DNA from: Spirochaetia bacterium | GTDB lineage: Bacteria; Spirochaetota; Spirochaetia; SZUA-6; Fen-1364 | DNA: 35,332 nt | Reading direction: 5' to 3' | Assembly (NCBI GenBank): GCA_049511935.1 | Contig: JBEKXR010000001.1 | Span: 1-35,332, forward strand | Shown: positions 33,794-35,332 of the stretch, piece after piece | Layout of the letters: every line of letters begins with the position of its first letter | Numbering within the stretch: the first letter of the stretch is position 1 | The notes under the pieces: model-generated | The model's input: the letters and a program-made list of their open reading frames with translations, nothing else | Database searches by the model: none | What the model was told of the DNA's origin: nothing | Program-made: the position numbers and the translations under genes

Positions 33794-35332
33794 ATGAGGT
33801 ACATTGCGGGCATCGTCGTGGTCATCGCCCTTCTCGCACCCGCCGCGGCATCCGCGCAAGCCGAGGAGAAGGACGTCAGCGTGCCGATCTCCACTCTCGT
33901 GCTGTTCACAAGCGGGGTCGGCTACTTCCAACACGACGGGACGGTCGAAGGCAACGCGAAGATGGAGCTCACGTTCTCCGCGGGCCAGATAAACGACCTG
34001 CTGAAGAGCCTGGTCCTGCGCGATCTGGACGGCGGCACGATCTCCAGCGTCACCTATTCCTCGCGTGACCCGATCACCCGGACTCTGAAGAGCTTCTCCA
34101 TCGACCTGACCTCCAACCCGACCCTCGCCAACCTGCTCGTCCAGACCCGGGGAGAAGCGATCGCGATCACGCTGGCGAGTGGAAACACCCTCGCGGGGAC
34201 GATCATCAGCGTGGAGTCGCGCCAGGTCTCCACCGGCGCCAAGGGTGAGATCACAGGGGATTTTCTCACGATGAACACTGCCGCGGGGGTGTCAAGCATC
34301 GCCCTCATCGACATCCAGGGAATCAGGTTCGTGCGAAAAGAGGTGCAGGACGACCTTGCCCAGGCCCTCCAGGTGCTTTCCTCCTCCCATGGCATCGAGA
34401 AGAAGAAGGTCGTGCTGCACTTCACGGGAACGGGCAAGCGCCGCGTGCGCATCGGCTACATCCTCGAGTCACCGGTGTGGAAGACCAGCTACCGCCTGGT
34501 GCTCGGTGACGCTGCCTCGCACCTCCTCCAGGGCTGGGCCCTGGTGGAAAACACATCGGACACCGACTGGAGAAGCGTGGCCCTCACCCTCGTCTCGGGC
34601 CGGCCCATCACGTTCACCATGGACCTCTACCAGCCCCTGTACATCCAGAGGCCCGAGGTGCAGCTGGAGCTGTACCAGTCCCTGCTGCCGAAGACGAACC
34701 AGATGGCCATGGAGGAGCAGGCCTCAGCGGACGAATCGCTCGCGGAAGCCTCGGCTCCGGCCCCGGCCTCGCCGGCAGCGTCGGTGAAGGCGGCGGCCCC
34801 GCGTGAAATGCTGCAGCGCGCCTCGGGAGCCGGAGCAGCCCCCGGCGGTGACTTTTCCGTGTCACAGGGCGTGGCCGCCGGGGCCCGTGGCGGGCAGGTC
34901 GGAGAGCTGTTCCAATACGCGATCGACAAGCCGGTCACCCTGCCCCGGCAGCAGTCGGCGATGCTCCCGATCCTCAATCAGCAGGTGAACGGAGAGCGTT
35001 ACTCCCTGTTCAACGAAGGGACCGACCCGAAGCACCCGCTGAACGCGGTGAAGCTGAAGAACTCCAGCGCCCTGCACCTCATGCAGGGGCCCATCACCGT
35101 CTTCGACTCGGGGACCTACGCGGGGGACGCGCAGATCACCGACCTCGCGCCGGGGGCGGAACAGCTGGTCACCTACGCCATGGACCTGGATACCGAGGTC
35201 CAGGCGGTGCCGGGAAGCTCTCCCGTCTCCCTGGTGTCGGTGCGGATCAGCAGGGGCATCTTCCTGTACACGAGCAAGGCCCAGCAGGAGAGGATCTACA
35301 CGATCAAGAACAACGGCACGAAAAGCCGCACG
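33794..35332 (+). CDS. secreted DUF4139 (MuiA-like) domain protein, N-terminal 513 codons (runs off the right edge)
   Basis: Absent from the ORF track because it has no stop. AAAGGAG RBS and signal peptide MRYIAGIVVVIALLAPAAASAQA. Blocks VTLVLFTSGVGYF-like, PVWKTSYRL and GPITVF are typical of DUF4140/DUF4139. Confidence 0.8.
   Translation, partial: MRYIAGIVVVIALLAPAAASAQAEEKDVSVPISTLVLFTSGVGYFQHDGTVEGNAKMELTFSAGQINDLLKSLVLRDLDGGTISSVTYSSRDPITRTLKSFSIDLTSNPTLANLLVQTRGEAIAITLASGNTLAGTIISVESRQVSTGAKGEITGDFLTMNTAAGVSSIALIDIQGIRFVRKEVQDDLAQALQVLSSSHGIEKKKVVLHFTGTGKRRVRIGYILESPVWKTSYRLVLGDAASHLLQGWALVENTSDTDWRSVALTLVSGRPITFTMDLYQPLYIQRPEVQLELYQSLLPKTNQMAMEEQASADESLAEASAPAPASPAASVKAAAPREMLQRASGAGAAPGGDFSVSQGVAAGARGGQVGELFQYAIDKPVTLPRQQSAMLPILNQQVNGERYSLFNEGTDPKHPLNAVKLKNSSALHLMQGPITVFDSGTYAGDAQITDLAPGAEQLVTYAMDLDTEVQAVPGSSPVSLVSVRISRGIFLYTSKAQQERIYTIKNNGTKSRT

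Noticed and set aside
34720-34910. Ala/Pro/Ser/Gly-rich stretch that resembles a repeat
   Set aside because: It is an in-frame low-complexity linker inside the DUF4139 protein, not a nucleotide-level tandem repeat.
1-35332. CRISPR arrays, tRNA/rRNA genes, IS elements, integrases, prophage or toxin-antitoxin pairs
   Set aside because: I scanned intergenic regions and ORF products by eye. There are no spaced direct repeats, no cloverleaf-like sequences, and no transposase, integrase or phage-like proteins. The only tandem repeat is the 27-bp duplication in ilvD.

Overview
High-GC (roughly two-thirds G+C by eye) bacterial chromosomal segment, densely coded, with about 35 protein genes. I found no rRNA, tRNA, CRISPR array, transposase or integrase. 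Most of it is housekeeping. There is a tightly coupled minus-strand ilvB-ilvN-leuC-leuD-ilvD operon, a class I lysyl-tRNA synthetase, nadC-nadB, bcp, AlaX, a rhomboid protease, a tandem USP and an M42 peptidase. There are also anaerobe-type genes: two radical SAM enzymes, DUF169 and an ADP-forming acyl-CoA synthetase. The parts worth a second look are listed here. (1) A minus-strand operon (26315-31885) joins an M42 peptidase, a coupled 63-aa protein, a DEDDh exonuclease with a C-terminal WYL-like domain, an HldC/RfaE-II-like nucleotidyltransferase broken by two 1-nt frame changes, a domain-permuted ADP-forming acyl-CoA synthetase and an IDI-like NUDIX protein. (2) An orphan SPPY-type DNA methyltransferase carries a degenerate SNase-like C-terminal domain that contains an A9 tract. 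(3) A CoA-acylating aldehyde dehydrogenase has an encapsulation-peptide-like N-terminus, but no microcompartment shell genes are in the window. (4) nadB is frame-broken at a G5 run. (5) A 27-bp tandem duplication sits at the 5' end of ilvD. (6) Three or four genes have sigma70-like promoters placed for leaderless translation. (7) There is a decayed methyltransferase remnant and a perfect 16-bp palindrome. All family assignments come from reading motifs by eye; no database search was run. I do not see a clearly novel multi-gene system, and the exonuclease-WYL operon is the best candidate.
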